The notes beneath the pieces are model-generated. The model saw only the letters and a program-made list of their open reading frames with translations. It did no database searches and was not told the origin of the DNA. A stretch of DNA of 64,000 nucleotides, from the IMG/VR virus record IMGVR_UViG_3300017731_000001; one strand, written 5' to 3'. This DNA comes from a virus. This document shows, one piece after another, positions 27,501-38,118 of the stretch; within the stretch, counting starts at the first letter, position 1, and the number at the start of each line of letters is the position of its first letter. The position numbers were made by a program, and so were the translations under genes.

Positions 27501-30500
27501 AGAATAAGAGCAACGGACACTTTAGATTTCCGTCCAAGAGTATCCGTATTTGATCCAACTACTGCAACAATTTCTCCGTTTGATTTTAGTTCTAGAAGTT
27601 TTGATTCGGTTCCAAAACTTTTAATGGCACCTGGAGAAGGGTCCATTGTAGGGTATGAGTATTATCTTCCTAGAATTGATAAATTATATATTGATAAATA
27701 TGGAACTTTTATTGTTGAAAAAGGAATATCATCAAAGTATCCCAAAGCACCCACTAAAAATGATGCATTGTTAGAAATTGCTAGCATCAATCTTCCACCT
27801 TACTTATATGTTCCACAAAATGCTTCTATAACTCTGATTGATAATAGAAGATTTACCATGAGAGACATTGGTGATATTGAAGATCGGGTTGAAAATTTGG
27901 AAAGAATAACTTCATTATCGTTATTAGAGTTAAATACACAGACGTTACAAATTAGAGATGCTGACGGAAAAAATAGATTTAAAAGTGGATTCTTTGTTGA
28001 CGATTTTAAAAATTATTCTTTAATTGACAGACCATTATCTTCTATACAAATTAATCCAACAGCAGAAGAATTAATACCAATTATTAGTAGAAATTCTCTT
28101 AAATCACAAATTGCACAAATTGATGATATTATCCCTCAAAGTTTAGATTTTATTAGTAATTTTGATTTATTAGATCCAAATGTTCAGAAGACTGGAGATT
28201 CGGTAACTTTAAAGTATGACGAGATAGATTGGATTGAACAACCAATAGCAACTACAGTAGAAAATGTTAATCCATTTCATGTTGTTGTATATACTGGAGA
28301 TATTGAATTGAATCCAGCAGTTGATACTTGGGTTAGAACTATTCAACTTCCAGATAGAAGTATTAGAACTTCCACCAGTAGATCTAGAACTCTTACACAA
28401 AATCTTACCAGCAGGATAAATTTAAATCTAGGCACAGCATCGATTGATGGTCAAACCACTACTAACACTAATCTGGACCGTATAGGAACAAGAGATCTTA
28501 GATTAGTTCACAGAACTGGAGTAAGAACTAATGTAAGAAACCAAAATCTCAGTGCCAGTAGTTCAAGTTTTGATTCTAGCACAACTGTTGATACTATTAG
28601 TTTTGATGATATTAGTATTAGGAATGAACATATTTCATCTTCGGATGAAGTATTCATGAGATCTAGAAATACTGAATTTTTAGTATCTAATCTCAAACCA
28701 TCCACAAGATTCTATCAATTTCTTGATGGAAACAGTGGCGTTGATTTTATTCCAAAATTAATTGAAATTGCAAATAGTGAATCTTTGGCAACTTACGGAA
28801 CTTCCAATGGTTCTTTCGTAATTGGAGAGACGGTAGTTGGATCTGCCGCAGGTGCAGGTGGAATTGGTCCATCTATTTCATTCAGAGTTGCTACACCAAA
28901 TCATAAATATGGAGGATTTAATAATCCGTCATCAGTATTTAATGTAAATCCATATGTAACCTCAGAGTCTATACCCTCAACATATAGTCAATCCTCCAAA
29001 ATTCTCAATGTTGATACTTCTTCTTTATCTGAAGAAGCACAGGGATTATATTCTGGTTATATTATACAAGGAATGAAATTAGTTGGTCAAACTAGCGGCG
29101 CAATTGCATATGTAAAAGATATTAGATTAATTTCAGATAACTATGGAGATTTAATAGGATCCTTCTTTATAAGAGATCCAAATGCAATACCAGTCCCTTC
29201 AGTTAGACTCCAGACTGGAACAAAGACATTTAAAGTTACTTCTAGTGCTTCAAATGATTTGGGTCTTCCAGGAAGCAATTCAGTTTCTTTTGCAGAAGCA
29301 AATTATAGTTCTACAGGTTCTTTAGAGCAGTGGCAAAATGAAGTTACTACTCGCACTGATAACCTTACAACTACATCCGTAATAAATCTTAGAACTCAAG
29401 CATCCGCATCTCTAGCAATTTCACAATCAGACACTGTAATTACTGAAACATATTCTGATCCATTAGCTCAAACATTTATTGTTGGAGGAAATGTAGAGGC
29501 ACCATCAGATATTGATACTAGTGAAGATATAAATGGAGCATTCTTAACTGCTGTTGATATTTTCTTTGCCAGAATAGACGAAGGAAACTCTCCAGTTAAA
29601 ATTCAAATCAGAACTACAGAATTAGGATTCCCAACTAGAACTGTTTTGGGAAAAACAGTCACTTTAAGACCTACAACTGTCGATGCTAATGGCAATATTG
29701 TAAAAAATATTCAAACATCAGATACTGGAGATATTGCTACAAAAGTAATATTCCCAGAACCTATTTTTCTACCACCCGGAAGAGAATATGCTGTTGTTCT
29801 CTTGGCACCAACTAGTGATGAATATGAAGTGTGGACGGCCACCATGGGCGAAACTTCTGTAGCATCTGTCAATCTTCCACCAAATTCAAATGCACAAAGT
29901 GCTGTTTATTCAAGACAATTTGCGCTTGGAAGTTTATTCAAATCTCAAAATGGATCTATTTGGACTCCTAATCAGTATCAAGATCTTAAATTTAAACTTT
30001 ATAAAGCACAATTTACTTCTCAAACAGGAACAGCATTCTTCTACAATCCAGTATTGGATAAGAGTAATGATTATGTTTCTAAATTATCTATCGATCCGGT
30101 AAGAACTTTACCAAAAACTGGAACAATTGGTATTACCACCATCAGCGGATCTTCTGCTAATATTGGAATACTGACCACAGGAAGAAAACTTGCAGGTGCC
30201 AATAATACTAATGGATCTGCAATTGTTGTCGGTAGAGGAAGTTCTATAACAACATTAGGTGTGACTGAAGGTGGTTCTGGTTATGTGGTAGATTCTAGTG
30301 TAAATACTTTTAATGTAGTCGGTGGTGGTTCTGGATTAAAATTAAATATTAGTGGTATTAATGCTGATACCGGTGCAATTACTGGTATTGCTGCAGCATC
30401 CGCAAAAGAAGATCGTGGTAATGGATATAAAATAGGTGATGTTGTTGGTATTGTTACCTCAACTGTTTCTAGTTCAACTGGAAAAGATGCGAGAATTACA

Positions 30501-32033
30501 ATTACCGGAATTTCAACAGATGTTGATACACTTTATGTTTCGAATGTTCAAGGAGAATTTGGTTCTAGTGGTACTGGAAAAGCATTTACAGTAGGCGCTG
30601 GAATAAGTTACTTTGCTAATGATGGAACATTAACTTCTATAGGAACTAATGATATATTAACTGTTACTGGAACAGGTGGTGTATATTCTGGAAACTATAT
30701 GAGGGTAAATCATTTCAATCATGGAATGTACTCCAATACAAATAAGGTGATATTGAGTGATGTTCAGTCTAATATTGAACCGACAACTTTATCTGCAACA
30801 TTATCAGTTAGCGATATTACTAGTGTCAGCGTAGCAAACACTAGCAACTTTACCACGTTTGAAGGTGTGGATGTAAGTGCATCAAATCCGGGATACATTA
30901 AAATAAATAATGAAATTATTACTTATGATGGTGTAGGTTCTGGATCACTTTCAATTGCTAGTGATGGAAGAGCAACGGATTCTACTATTGCAGAATTGCA
31001 TGATATTAATAACATCGTTTATAAGTATGAACTTAATGGAATCTCTTTGAGAAGAATAAATAAAACTCACACTATTGCGGAACCAATTGAAATTGACAAT
31101 TATAGTATTGTTGTTGATGTATCCGCAAATGGGGTTGATAGAAGTGTTGATGGAACTCCTGAAGGAATGCCGCAACTTAATTTCTCTAATGAAGCATCTA
31201 CTGGCGGAAATGCTATTAGAGCAACAGAAAATATTCTGTATGATTCTATAGTTCCAACTTATGACATAATTACTCCAGGTTCTTCTACTTCCATAAATGG
31301 GACAATAAGAACTATTAGTGGAACTAGTGTTGATGGAAATGAATCTTCATTCAATGATAATGGATTTGAACCAATTGGGATAAATGTGTTAAATACTTTG
31401 AATTCTCCGAGAATTGTTTGTTCTGAAGTAAATGAAAAACAATTCTTACCAAATCTCCCCAAAAACAAATCTTTTACAACAGGAATAACTTTAAATTCTA
31501 ATGATTCTAATTTATCTCCACAAATAAATTTAGATACTGCATTTACAGAGTTTAGATTTAGTCGTTTTAATAAACCAGTTATCGATTATGCGTCTGATGG
31601 TAGAGTCAAATCAATTTTCAATGATCCACACTCTGCAATATATGTTTCTAACACTGTATTTTTGTCAAATCCTGCTACATCACTCAAAGTAATTTTAAAT
31701 GCATATAGACATCAATCTGCAGACTTTAGAGTTCTTTATAATTTAATAAGATCAGATTCTGGGGAAGTTGATCAAACATTTGAATTATTCCCTGGATATG
31801 ATAATTTAACTTTTACTGATGATCTTGGATATACTATCATAGATTCATCTAAGAATAGTGGACTACCGGATAAGTTTGTTCCAGCAAGTTTGTCTAATCA
31901 ATTTTTAGAATATGATTTTACTGCAAATGAATTGCCATTGTTCATTGGATACACAATTAAAATTGTAATGTCTGGTACTAATCAGGCATATCCCCCAAGA
32001 ATTAGTGAATTGAGGACTATAGCAGTAAGATGA
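24501..32033 (+). CDS. Large virion structural protein (VrlC / DUF4815-like), 2510 aa
   Basis: PYYDDY...VLFKPG.PVQARELTTLQ, APGADR, RTYDESGDY, RFKSGFFVDDF, DPLAQTF and GSLFKSQN motifs. Confidence 0.85.
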   Translation: MSQKTNLNINPYYDDYDSEKNFYKVLFKPGFPVQARELTTLQSVLQGQVESFGSHIFKEGSVVIPGNISYDGQFYAVKLNATSAGIDVALYIENFIGKKIIGQESGTTAKIQQIEFADNNNFEFLTIYVKYLDSDNDFEFTPFQDGESLSCVDNVTYGNTTIPAETEFASLIASDATAIGSAASIGKGVYFIRGYFVNVSQQTLLLDNYTNTPSYRVGLKIDELILGSKDDESLFDNAKGFTNFAAPGADRFKINLTLTKKLISDVNDTDFVELLRLKDGKIQKITTKTQYNQIRDYMAERTYDESGDYAVIPFDPSVHNSLNNRLGNNGLFFSNELTEQRNTPSEDLMCFKISPGKAYGRGYDVEKVGTTIIDVDKPRDTQKESNVTVPFEMGNLLRVNNVTGVPQNKATIQLLNRKTGDTESVIGDARVYTFNLTDAAYSGVETKYDLRLYDIQTYTKLSLNQSVDATDMPEGSFIKGKSSGASGFLVGAGGGASVGILLRQTSGSFAKGEQITINGVDFSRTISDFIEYGTQNIKSVKQAAGSGFPAFTADSVLEKFDMPNGISQISIPLVGNLGNTGVSTVTVTGNVFSGIKTDTLISYQRPGFSTETVNRVSSISADKLSIELSPVSAGAGITGVYDGKLPSGSGNLLVTPLARGPIIDSENAQLFSRLPDINISSVDLLNSTFTVVDQITGESTDSSGTLTFDLSSISGITSASFATFDQERYGVHYSTGIAGTITSDTFDLTNNVVTIKGLRASQSNIIVNTTLTKFGVQSKIKQYNRSQTLNITRSKYSDSGVGINTSNNDGLNFNTQYGLRVQDEEISLNYPDVAKVIVIYESLGTGNPTLDKFQFTSTANVQTNAIIGENIVGNSSNAIARVVSSPSANNLELVYLSDDVFNVGETVTFQESNIITEIETITLGSYKDVTQLFKLNKGQKDEYYDYSRIVRNKNVPEPTRRLLVIFDYYSVPSDDNGDAFTVLSYDEERFAQDIPTIGRYRIRATDTLDFRPRVSVFDPTTATISPFDFSSRSFDSVPKLLMAPGEGSIVGYEYYLPRIDKLYIDKYGTFIVEKGISSKYPKAPTKNDALLEIASINLPPYLYVPQNASITLIDNRRFTMRDIGDIEDRVENLERITSLSLLELNTQTLQIRDADGKNRFKSGFFVDDFKNYSLIDRPLSSIQINPTAEELIPIISRNSLKSQIAQIDDIIPQSLDFISNFDLLDPNVQKTGDSVTLKYDEIDWIEQPIATTVENVNPFHVVVYTGDIELNPAVDTWVRTIQLPDRSIRTSTSRSRTLTQNLTSRINLNLGTASIDGQTTTNTNLDRIGTRDLRLVHRTGVRTNVRNQNLSASSSSFDSSTTVDTISFDDISIRNEHISSSDEVFMRSRNTEFLVSNLKPSTRFYQFLDGNSGVDFIPKLIEIANSESLATYGTSNGSFVIGETVVGSAAGAGGIGPSISFRVATPNHKYGGFNNPSSVFNVNPYVTSESIPSTYSQSSKILNVDTSSLSEEAQGLYSGYIIQGMKLVGQTSGAIAYVKDIRLISDNYGDLIGSFFIRDPNAIPVPSVRLQTGTKTFKVTSSASNDLGLPGSNSVSFAEANYSSTGSLEQWQNEVTTRTDNLTTTSVINLRTQASASLAISQSDTVITETYSDPLAQTFIVGGNVEAPSDIDTSEDINGAFLTAVDIFFARIDEGNSPVKIQIRTTELGFPTRTVLGKTVTLRPTTVDANGNIVKNIQTSDTGDIATKVIFPEPIFLPPGREYAVVLLAPTSDEYEVWTATMGETSVASVNLPPNSNAQSAVYSRQFALGSLFKSQNGSIWTPNQYQDLKFKLYKAQFTSQTGTAFFYNPVLDKSNDYVSKLSIDPVRTLPKTGTIGITTISGSSANIGILTTGRKLAGANNTNGSAIVVGRGSSITTLGVTEGGSGYVVDSSVNTFNVVGGGSGLKLNISGINADTGAITGIAAASAKEDRGNGYKIGDVVGIVTSTVSSSTGKDARITITGISTDVDTLYVSNVQGEFGSSGTGKAFTVGAGISYFANDGTLTSIGTNDILTVTGTGGVYSGNYMRVNHFNHGMYSNTNKVILSDVQSNIEPTTLSATLSVSDITSVSVANTSNFTTFEGVDVSASNPGYIKINNEIITYDGVGSGSLSIASDGRATDSTIAELHDINNIVYKYELNGISLRRINKTHTIAEPIEIDNYSIVVDVSANGVDRSVDGTPEGMPQLNFSNEASTGGNAIRATENILYDSIVPTYDIITPGSSTSINGTIRTISGTSVDGNESSFNDNGFEPIGINVLNTLNSPRIVCSEVNEKQFLPNLPKNKSFTTGITLNSNDSNLSPQINLDTAFTEFRFSRFNKPVIDYASDGRVKSIFNDPHSAIYVSNTVFLSNPATSLKVILNAYRHQSADFRVLYNLIRSDSGEVDQTFELFPGYDNLTFTDDLGYTIIDSSKNSGLPDKFVPASLSNQFLEYDFTANELPLFIGYTIKIVMSGTNQAYPPRISELRTIAVR

Positions 32034-32242
32034 TTAAAGTTAAAGGTTATCAAAATTTATATCGTGATGAAACAAGTGGAGCTATAATTAATACTGATTC
32101 TATGGCATATAATCAGTATGTAAGTTCTTTGGAACAAAGAAATCTCCAAAAAAGAGAAATCTCTGAAATGAAAAATGATATTAACGAGATAAAATCTCTT
32201 CTCAGAAATTTATTGATGAATTCTGAGAATATAAATATCTAA
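32030..32242 (+). CDS. Small coiled-coil hypothetical protein
   Basis: LYRD..SGAIINTD motif; overlaps the upstream stop (ATGA). Confidence 0.75.
   Translation: MIKVKGYQNLYRDETSGAIINTDSMAYNQYVSSLEQRNLQKREISEMKNDINEIKSLLRNLLMNSENINI
32230..32237 (+). promoter_or_regulatory. T4-type late promoter
   Basis: TATAAATA upstream of 32270. Confidence 0.7.
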
Positions 32243-32269
32243 AGATAAGATAGCATAATTTTTTGAATA

Positions 32270-32605
32270 ATGGCAGTATTTGTATCTAACATCACGATTG
32301 AACAAGGTTTCGACTTTGATACTTCTTTTCAGTTAGAAGATACCAGAACAAACACCCCATTGGTTTTAACCGGTGCTGCGACAGAAGGCATGTTGAGAAA
32401 AAGTTACACTAGTGCAAGTGCCGTTTCCTTTGCTTCTACAGTCTCTGACGATGTTAATGGGATTATTTCAATATCTCTAACATCTTCGCAAACAGTAGGA
32501 CTAAAAGCAGGAAGATATGTATATGATGTAAAAATAACTAGTGCCGGAAAAGAATATAAAGCTGTTGAAGGGTCAGCATTAGTAAGAGCCGGAGTCACTA
32601 GGTAA
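32270..32605 (+). CDS. Virion structural protein, probable fibre-attachment Ig-like domain
   Basis: NITIEQG.DF and LKAGRYVYDV...VEG...V..GVT; directly precedes the fibre gene. Confidence 0.7.
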   Translation: MAVFVSNITIEQGFDFDTSFQLEDTRTNTPLVLTGAATEGMLRKSYTSASAVSFASTVSDDVNGIISISLTSSQTVGLKAGRYVYDVKITSAGKEYKAVEGSALVRAGVTR

Positions 32606-34554
32606 TGCCAAGCATAAACGATAGAATTGGATCACAAAACGTAATTCGCGTATTATCCAATGCTTCTGCGCCACCATCAAGATTACTCAATCTAACTGAC
32701 GTTGATTCAACATCTCAGACAGATGGTAATTTATTAATCTGGGATTCTACAGATAATAAATTCTTCATGAGTCGTACTCTCGATTCAACAGAGGGATACG
32801 AATTTACTGGTGGAACAAATTCAGTAGGAATAGTATCATTTTCGGGAAGCACTCAATCAGAATCAACTGTAACTGGTGCAGTAATTGTTAGTGGTGGTTT
32901 TGCAGTAGGAAAAAATGTAAATTTTGCTGCCGGATTAAATGTTGTTGGTATTGCAACTTTCTCAAATGAACTTGATATTAATGCCGCTGTTGATATTTTA
33001 AGGGGATTAAATGTCTCCGGTATTACGAGTGTAGCATCCCTCAATATAGGTGCCACACAAGTAATTAGTAGCGGAAGAGAACTTCAAAATATTGCTTCTT
33101 TAGATGCTACCACCACAGCAACTATTGAGGCAGCAATTGAAGTAGCTCCAAATAAATTTACTGATTTAAAAATTACCGGTGTATCAACTTTCATCGGTAT
33201 CGCAACATATGCCGCAGGACTTCAAGTCTTTTCCGGTGTATCAACATTTAATGCTGCGGTTGACATTGATGCGGGATTAGATGTAGATGGACAGACTGAC
33301 CTAGATGAACTAGTCGTTCCTGGTGTTTCAACTTTTAGTAATACAGTTGATATAAATGCTGGCGGTCAGGCAAATACATTTAAAGTAGAGGATCTTACAG
33401 ATAATCGAGTAGTAATTGCCGGAACTGGTGGAGAACTTGAGGATGATTCAAATTTCACCTTTGATGGTGCTACATTATCAGTTGGTGTAAAATTAGATGT
33501 AGATGGAGACACTCAAGTAGATGATCTAAATGTTGCAGGTGTTGCGACTTTTAGTTCTCTCGTTGATGCAAATAATCGTCTTGATGTAGTCGGTGGTGCC
33601 AATCTAGACCAACTAAATGTATCCGGTATTACTACACTTGGTGCTGTTGATATTAACGGCATAATAGACATTGATGGTCAATTAGATGTAGATGAGTTAA
33701 TAGTTGCTGGTGTTTCCACTTTCAATTCTGCGGTTGACATTGATGCAGGATTGGATGTAGATGGACAAACAGATTTAGATGAACTAGTCGTTGCTGGTGT
33801 TTCTACATTCTCTAATGCGGTTGATATTAACAGCACATTAGATGTAGATGGCGATACTCAAGTAGACGATTTAAATGTTGCTGGTGTTGCAACCTTCAGT
33901 TCTCTCGTTGATGCCAACAACAGATTAGATGTTGTTGGTGGTGCTAATTTAGATCAATTAAATGTTGCTGGTGTATCTACATTTAGTGCTGCTGTTGATA
34001 TCAATAGCACCTTAGATGTTGATGGAGACACTCAAGTAGATGATCTCAATGTTGCCGGTGTTGCAACATTTAGTTCACTTATAGATGCTAACAACAGATT
34101 AGATGTTGTTGGTGGTGCTAATCTGGATCAACTTAATGTTGCCGGAATTGCCACATTTACTACTATTGACGCTAATGGTGGTTTAGATATTGATGGACAA
34201 TTGGATGTTGATGAACTGGTTGTTGCCGGTGTTTCTACATTCTTGAATGCTGTAGATATCAATAACACTCTTGATGTTGATGGTGATACTCAAGTAGATG
34301 ACCTCAACGTTGCCGGTGTTGCGACCTTCAGTTCTTTAATAGATGCCAATAACAGATTAGATGTTGTTGGTGGTGCAAATTTAGATCAATTAAATGTTGC
34401 TGGAGTATCGACCTTTGGTAATGTTTCTATTTTCAATGATGATGTAAGAATTACTGCCGGGGGATTGAATGTTGTTGGTGTTTCAACATTCTCTACTAAT
34501 GTAAATGTTACAGGAACACTTGATGCCGGACTCATCGATGGAGGTACATACTGA
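32605..34554 (+). CDS. Repeat-rich fibre protein
   Basis: About 12 tandem 29-aa repeats (LDVDG...DxLNVAGVxTF) and C-terminal IDGGTY. Confidence 0.75.
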   Translation: MPSINDRIGSQNVIRVLSNASAPPSRLLNLTDVDSTSQTDGNLLIWDSTDNKFFMSRTLDSTEGYEFTGGTNSVGIVSFSGSTQSESTVTGAVIVSGGFAVGKNVNFAAGLNVVGIATFSNELDINAAVDILRGLNVSGITSVASLNIGATQVISSGRELQNIASLDATTTATIEAAIEVAPNKFTDLKITGVSTFIGIATYAAGLQVFSGVSTFNAAVDIDAGLDVDGQTDLDELVVPGVSTFSNTVDINAGGQANTFKVEDLTDNRVVIAGTGGELEDDSNFTFDGATLSVGVKLDVDGDTQVDDLNVAGVATFSSLVDANNRLDVVGGANLDQLNVSGITTLGAVDINGIIDIDGQLDVDELIVAGVSTFNSAVDIDAGLDVDGQTDLDELVVAGVSTFSNAVDINSTLDVDGDTQVDDLNVAGVATFSSLVDANNRLDVVGGANLDQLNVAGVSTFSAAVDINSTLDVDGDTQVDDLNVAGVATFSSLIDANNRLDVVGGANLDQLNVAGIATFTTIDANGGLDIDGQLDVDELVVAGVSTFLNAVDINNTLDVDGDTQVDDLNVAGVATFSSLIDANNRLDVVGGANLDQLNVAGVSTFGNVSIFNDDVRITAGGLNVVGVSTFSTNVNVTGTLDAGLIDGGTY

Positions 34555-35405
34555 TGGCAAAACCAGCAAGCAGACAGGAATTAGTTGATTATTCACTGAG
34601 GCAGTTGGGAGCTCCTGTATTGGAAATCAATATAGATGATGATCAACTAGATGACTTAGTTGATGATGCTCTTCAATATTTTCAGGAACGCCATTTTGAT
34701 GGTATTGAGAGAATGTATCTCAAATATAAACTTACCGAAGATGATATTAATAGAGGAACTGCTCAAGTTGGCGGGACTAATACAGTAGGTATTGTAACAA
34801 CATCTGGAATCACTACCACAGTAAGTGGTATGACTACAGCAACTAATTATTTTTACGAAAATTCTAATTTCCTTCAAGTTCCAGATTCGGTTATTGGAAT
34901 TGAAAAGGTGTTTAGATTTGATAGTAGCACTATATCAAACGGAATGTTTAATATTAAATATCAGTTATTTCTGAATGATATATATCAGTTCAATTCAATA
35001 GAACTCCTTCAATATTCAATGGTAAAAACTTATTTGGAAGATATTGAATTTTTACTGAGCACCGATAAGCAGATTAGATTTAATAAAAGACAAAATAGAT
35101 TGTATTTAGATATTGATTGGAAATCAGAAAAGAAAGATACTTTTCTGATTCTTGATTGTTATAGAATTTTAGATCCCAACACATTTACTAATGTGTATAA
35201 TGATAGTTTTTTAAAGAAATATTTAACTGCTCTCATAAAAAAACAATGGGGACAAAATTTATTGAAATTTAGAGGTGCAAAACTTCCAGGTGGATTGGAA
35301 CTTAATGGAAGAGAATTGTATGATGATGCTTTGAGAGAATTAGATGATATAAAGCAAAGAATGTCATCAGAATATGAACTACCACCTCTTGATTTAATCG
35401 GATAG
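34554..35405 (+). CDS. gp13: Neck protein gp13
   Basis: LRQLGAPVLEIN, KKQWGQNL.KF.G..LPGG..LNG; synteny. Confidence 0.93.
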   Translation: MAKPASRQELVDYSLRQLGAPVLEINIDDDQLDDLVDDALQYFQERHFDGIERMYLKYKLTEDDINRGTAQVGGTNTVGIVTTSGITTTVSGMTTATNYFYENSNFLQVPDSVIGIEKVFRFDSSTISNGMFNIKYQLFLNDIYQFNSIELLQYSMVKTYLEDIEFLLSTDKQIRFNKRQNRLYLDIDWKSEKKDTFLILDCYRILDPNTFTNVYNDSFLKKYLTALIKKQWGQNLLKFRGAKLPGGLELNGRELYDDALRELDDIKQRMSSEYELPPLDLIG

Positions 35406-35410
35406 TTATC

Positions 35411-36859
35411 ATGGTATTAAATTCTTATTTTTTGCAAGGGAGTACTGGTGAGCAAACGCTCATGCAGGATTTGGTTAATGAGCACATACAAATTCATGGC
35501 ATAGAGGTATACTATCTACCAAGAAAAATATTTAAAACTGACAATATCATCAAAGAAATTCAGTCCTCAAAATTCGATGATAGTTTTCTTATAGAAGTAT
35601 ATTTAAATAATGTTGATGGTTATACGCCAGACAGCGATATAATGACAAAGTTTGGTTTAAGATTAAAAAATGAAATAAATTTAACAATATCAAGAGAAAG
35701 ATATGAGGATTTTATTGCTCCCTTTCTTGAAGGAATTTCTTCTGGTATTAGAGATGGTCAAATTTTAGAATATACTTTTGGAGATTTGATTGAAAGACCC
35801 AAGGAAGGAGATTTAATTTACTTTCCTCTTGGAGAAAGATTGTTTGAAATAAAAAGAGTAGAACACGAAAAACCATTTTATCAACTTGGCAAACTTTATA
35901 CGTATGATTTGAGTTGTGAATTGTTTGAATATGAAAATGAATTTATTGATACTAGTATTGCCGAAGTTGATAATCAACTGAAAGATGAAGGTTATATTAC
36001 AACAATTGACCTTGTTGGAATTGGACGAACTGCAGATGCAACTGTCGGAGTATCAAGTGGTCGTGTCACTGAGATATTCTTAAATAACGATGGTTCAGGT
36101 TTTACATCTGCACCTACTATTACTTTCTCGGATCCGCAAAATGGTGGATTTACTGCTTCTGCAGTTGCCATTACAACTCAGAGAGCTAATGTCACTTCAA
36201 TCTTTAGGATTGAAATGACAAATGCTGGTGCTGGATATACATTGGCACCAACCATTACAATTTCTGGTGGTGGTGGTTCAGGTGCTGCCGCAACATGTTC
36301 TATCTCCACTACTTTTGGTGTTCAGAACGTTGTTGTTGGTACTGCCGGAACTGGGTACTCATTTGCTCCAGATTTTACTATTGCTACTCCTCCATCAGGA
36401 ATTAACACTGCCGTTCTTAATCCAGTATTCGCATCTTCTGTCGGTGCTGGAATTAATACAGTAAGAATTCTGAATTCTGGTATTGGTTATACATCCGGTC
36501 CAATAAGTCTTGAGTTCTCTGGACCCACTTCTGGAGTTGGAACTTTCCGCTATAATGAAACGGTCACGGGTCAAAGTTCTGGAGTTACTGCTGTTGTTAA
36601 AGACTTTGATTCTGGTGTCCTAGTTTCTGTTGCAGGAACAGTAACGGTTATTGAAGAAACTAAACTGAGAGTATCACTCAATACAGGTCAATTCTTTGAA
36701 GGAGAAACTATTGTCGGAAGTGCATCCACTGCTACATATATTGTAAAGGCTCATGATCTTGATAGTCATGATCAACCATCGGACTCAAATGAAGAAATTG
36801 AATTAGAAGCAGATTCTCTTTTAGATTTTAGCGAAAGTAATCCCTTTGGAGAATATTAA
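35411..36859 (+). CDS. gp14: Neck protein gp14
   Basis: YYLPR, RPKEGDLIYFP, PFYQLGK, DFSESNPFG; carries a Gly/Thr-rich insertion. Confidence 0.92.
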   Translation: MVLNSYFLQGSTGEQTLMQDLVNEHIQIHGIEVYYLPRKIFKTDNIIKEIQSSKFDDSFLIEVYLNNVDGYTPDSDIMTKFGLRLKNEINLTISRERYEDFIAPFLEGISSGIRDGQILEYTFGDLIERPKEGDLIYFPLGERLFEIKRVEHEKPFYQLGKLYTYDLSCELFEYENEFIDTSIAEVDNQLKDEGYITTIDLVGIGRTADATVGVSSGRVTEIFLNNDGSGFTSAPTITFSDPQNGGFTASAVAITTQRANVTSIFRIEMTNAGAGYTLAPTITISGGGGSGAAATCSISTTFGVQNVVVGTAGTGYSFAPDFTIATPPSGINTAVLNPVFASSVGAGINTVRILNSGIGYTSGPISLEFSGPTSGVGTFRYNETVTGQSSGVTAVVKDFDSGVLVSVAGTVTVIEETKLRVSLNTGQFFEGETIVGSASTATYIVKAHDLDSHDQPSDSNEEIELEADSLLDFSESNPFGEY

Positions 36860-37656
36860 TGTTAGGAACTTATTACTACCACGAAATAATACGAAAGACA
36901 ATTATTTCTTTCGGAACTTTGTTTAATAACATTAATATTAAGCATAAAAAATCAGATGGAACGATTCTTGATGATATTAAAGTTGGTTTGGCATATGGAC
37001 CACAACAAAAGTATTTGGCAAAAATTCAAGAACAAGCAGAGTTGTCAAAATCAATTGCCATAACTTTACCAAGAATGTCATTTGAGATGACAAATATTCA
37101 ATATGATCCTACAAGAAAATCTGGAATAACACAAACATTCAAGGCATCAGATGGGACAAATTTGAAAAAAGTTTTTATGCCTGTTCCTTATAATATTGGA
37201 TTTGAGTTAAGTATTTTCAGTAAATTGAATGATGATGCATTACAAATTATTGAACAGATACTTCCATTTTTTCAACCATCATTTAATTTAACAGTAGATC
37301 TAGTAAGTTCTATTGGAGAAAAAAGAGACATACCCATAGTGCTAGAAAATATTTCTTTCCAAGATGATTATGAAGGATCTTTTGAAACTAGAAGAGCATT
37401 AATATACACTTTAAGTTTCACTGCAAAAACTTATTTGTTTGGTCCGGTTGCCGAAAGTACAGAAGGACTTATCAAAAAAGTTATTGTCGATCAACATTCT
37501 GGCACAAATACTCAAACTGCAAAACGAGAGGTCAGATATACCGTTACTCCAGATCCATCGGATGCCGGACCAAATGATGATTTTGGATTCTCCGAAACTT
37601 GGACTGATTATGATGATTCAAAAGACCCCAGTCCTACAAGACAAATAGATTTGTAA
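36859..37656 (+). CDS. gp15: Tail sheath terminator gp15
   Basis: FGTLFNNI, LPRMSFE, PVPYN and QIIEQILPFFQP. Confidence 0.93.
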   Translation: MLGTYYYHEIIRKTIISFGTLFNNINIKHKKSDGTILDDIKVGLAYGPQQKYLAKIQEQAELSKSIAITLPRMSFEMTNIQYDPTRKSGITQTFKASDGTNLKKVFMPVPYNIGFELSIFSKLNDDALQIIEQILPFFQPSFNLTVDLVSSIGEKRDIPIVLENISFQDDYEGSFETRRALIYTLSFTAKTYLFGPVAESTEGLIKKVIVDQHSGTNTQTAKREVRYTVTPDPSDAGPNDDFGFSETWTDYDDSKDPSPTRQIDL

Positions 37657-37662
37657 TTTGAT

Positions 37663-38103
37663 ATGAAAAATAACTATGATAATTTAGATCAAGCACTTAA
37701 TGTTGAGAGCAGCATTGTTGAGGTTGATAAAACACCTAAATCTCTTGATGTTGTTCCTCCAAAATCTGCATCAAAACCAGAAGATATTAAAAAAGATTAT
37801 GATTATACCCGAGCAAATTTATATTCTCTGATCGAAAAAGGTCAGGAAACTTTAAATGGTATAATGGAACTTGCCAGCGAAGGCGGAAGTCCCAGAGCAT
37901 ATGAAGTTGCAGGTCAACTTATTAAATCAGTTGCTGATACGACTGATAAATTGATGGACCTACAGAAAAAGGTAAAAGAGGTAGATGAAGAATCGACAAG
38001 TAAAACTAGCAGTGTCACAAACAATGCAGTGTTTATTGGTTCTACCTCAGACTTATCAAAAATGTTAAAGAAAGGATTTTTAGATAGTAATTCCGAAAAA
38101 TAG
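37663..38103 (+). CDS. gp16: Terminase small subunit gp16
   Basis: DYDYTRANL, PRAYEVAGQLIK, VFIGSTSDL; precedes gp17. Confidence 0.92.
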   Translation: MKNNYDNLDQALNVESSIVEVDKTPKSLDVVPPKSASKPEDIKKDYDYTRANLYSLIEKGQETLNGIMELASEGGSPRAYEVAGQLIKSVADTTDKLMDLQKKVKEVDEESTSKTSSVTNNAVFIGSTSDLSKMLKKGFLDSNSEK

Positions 38104-38118
38104 TTTTGTATTTAAATT

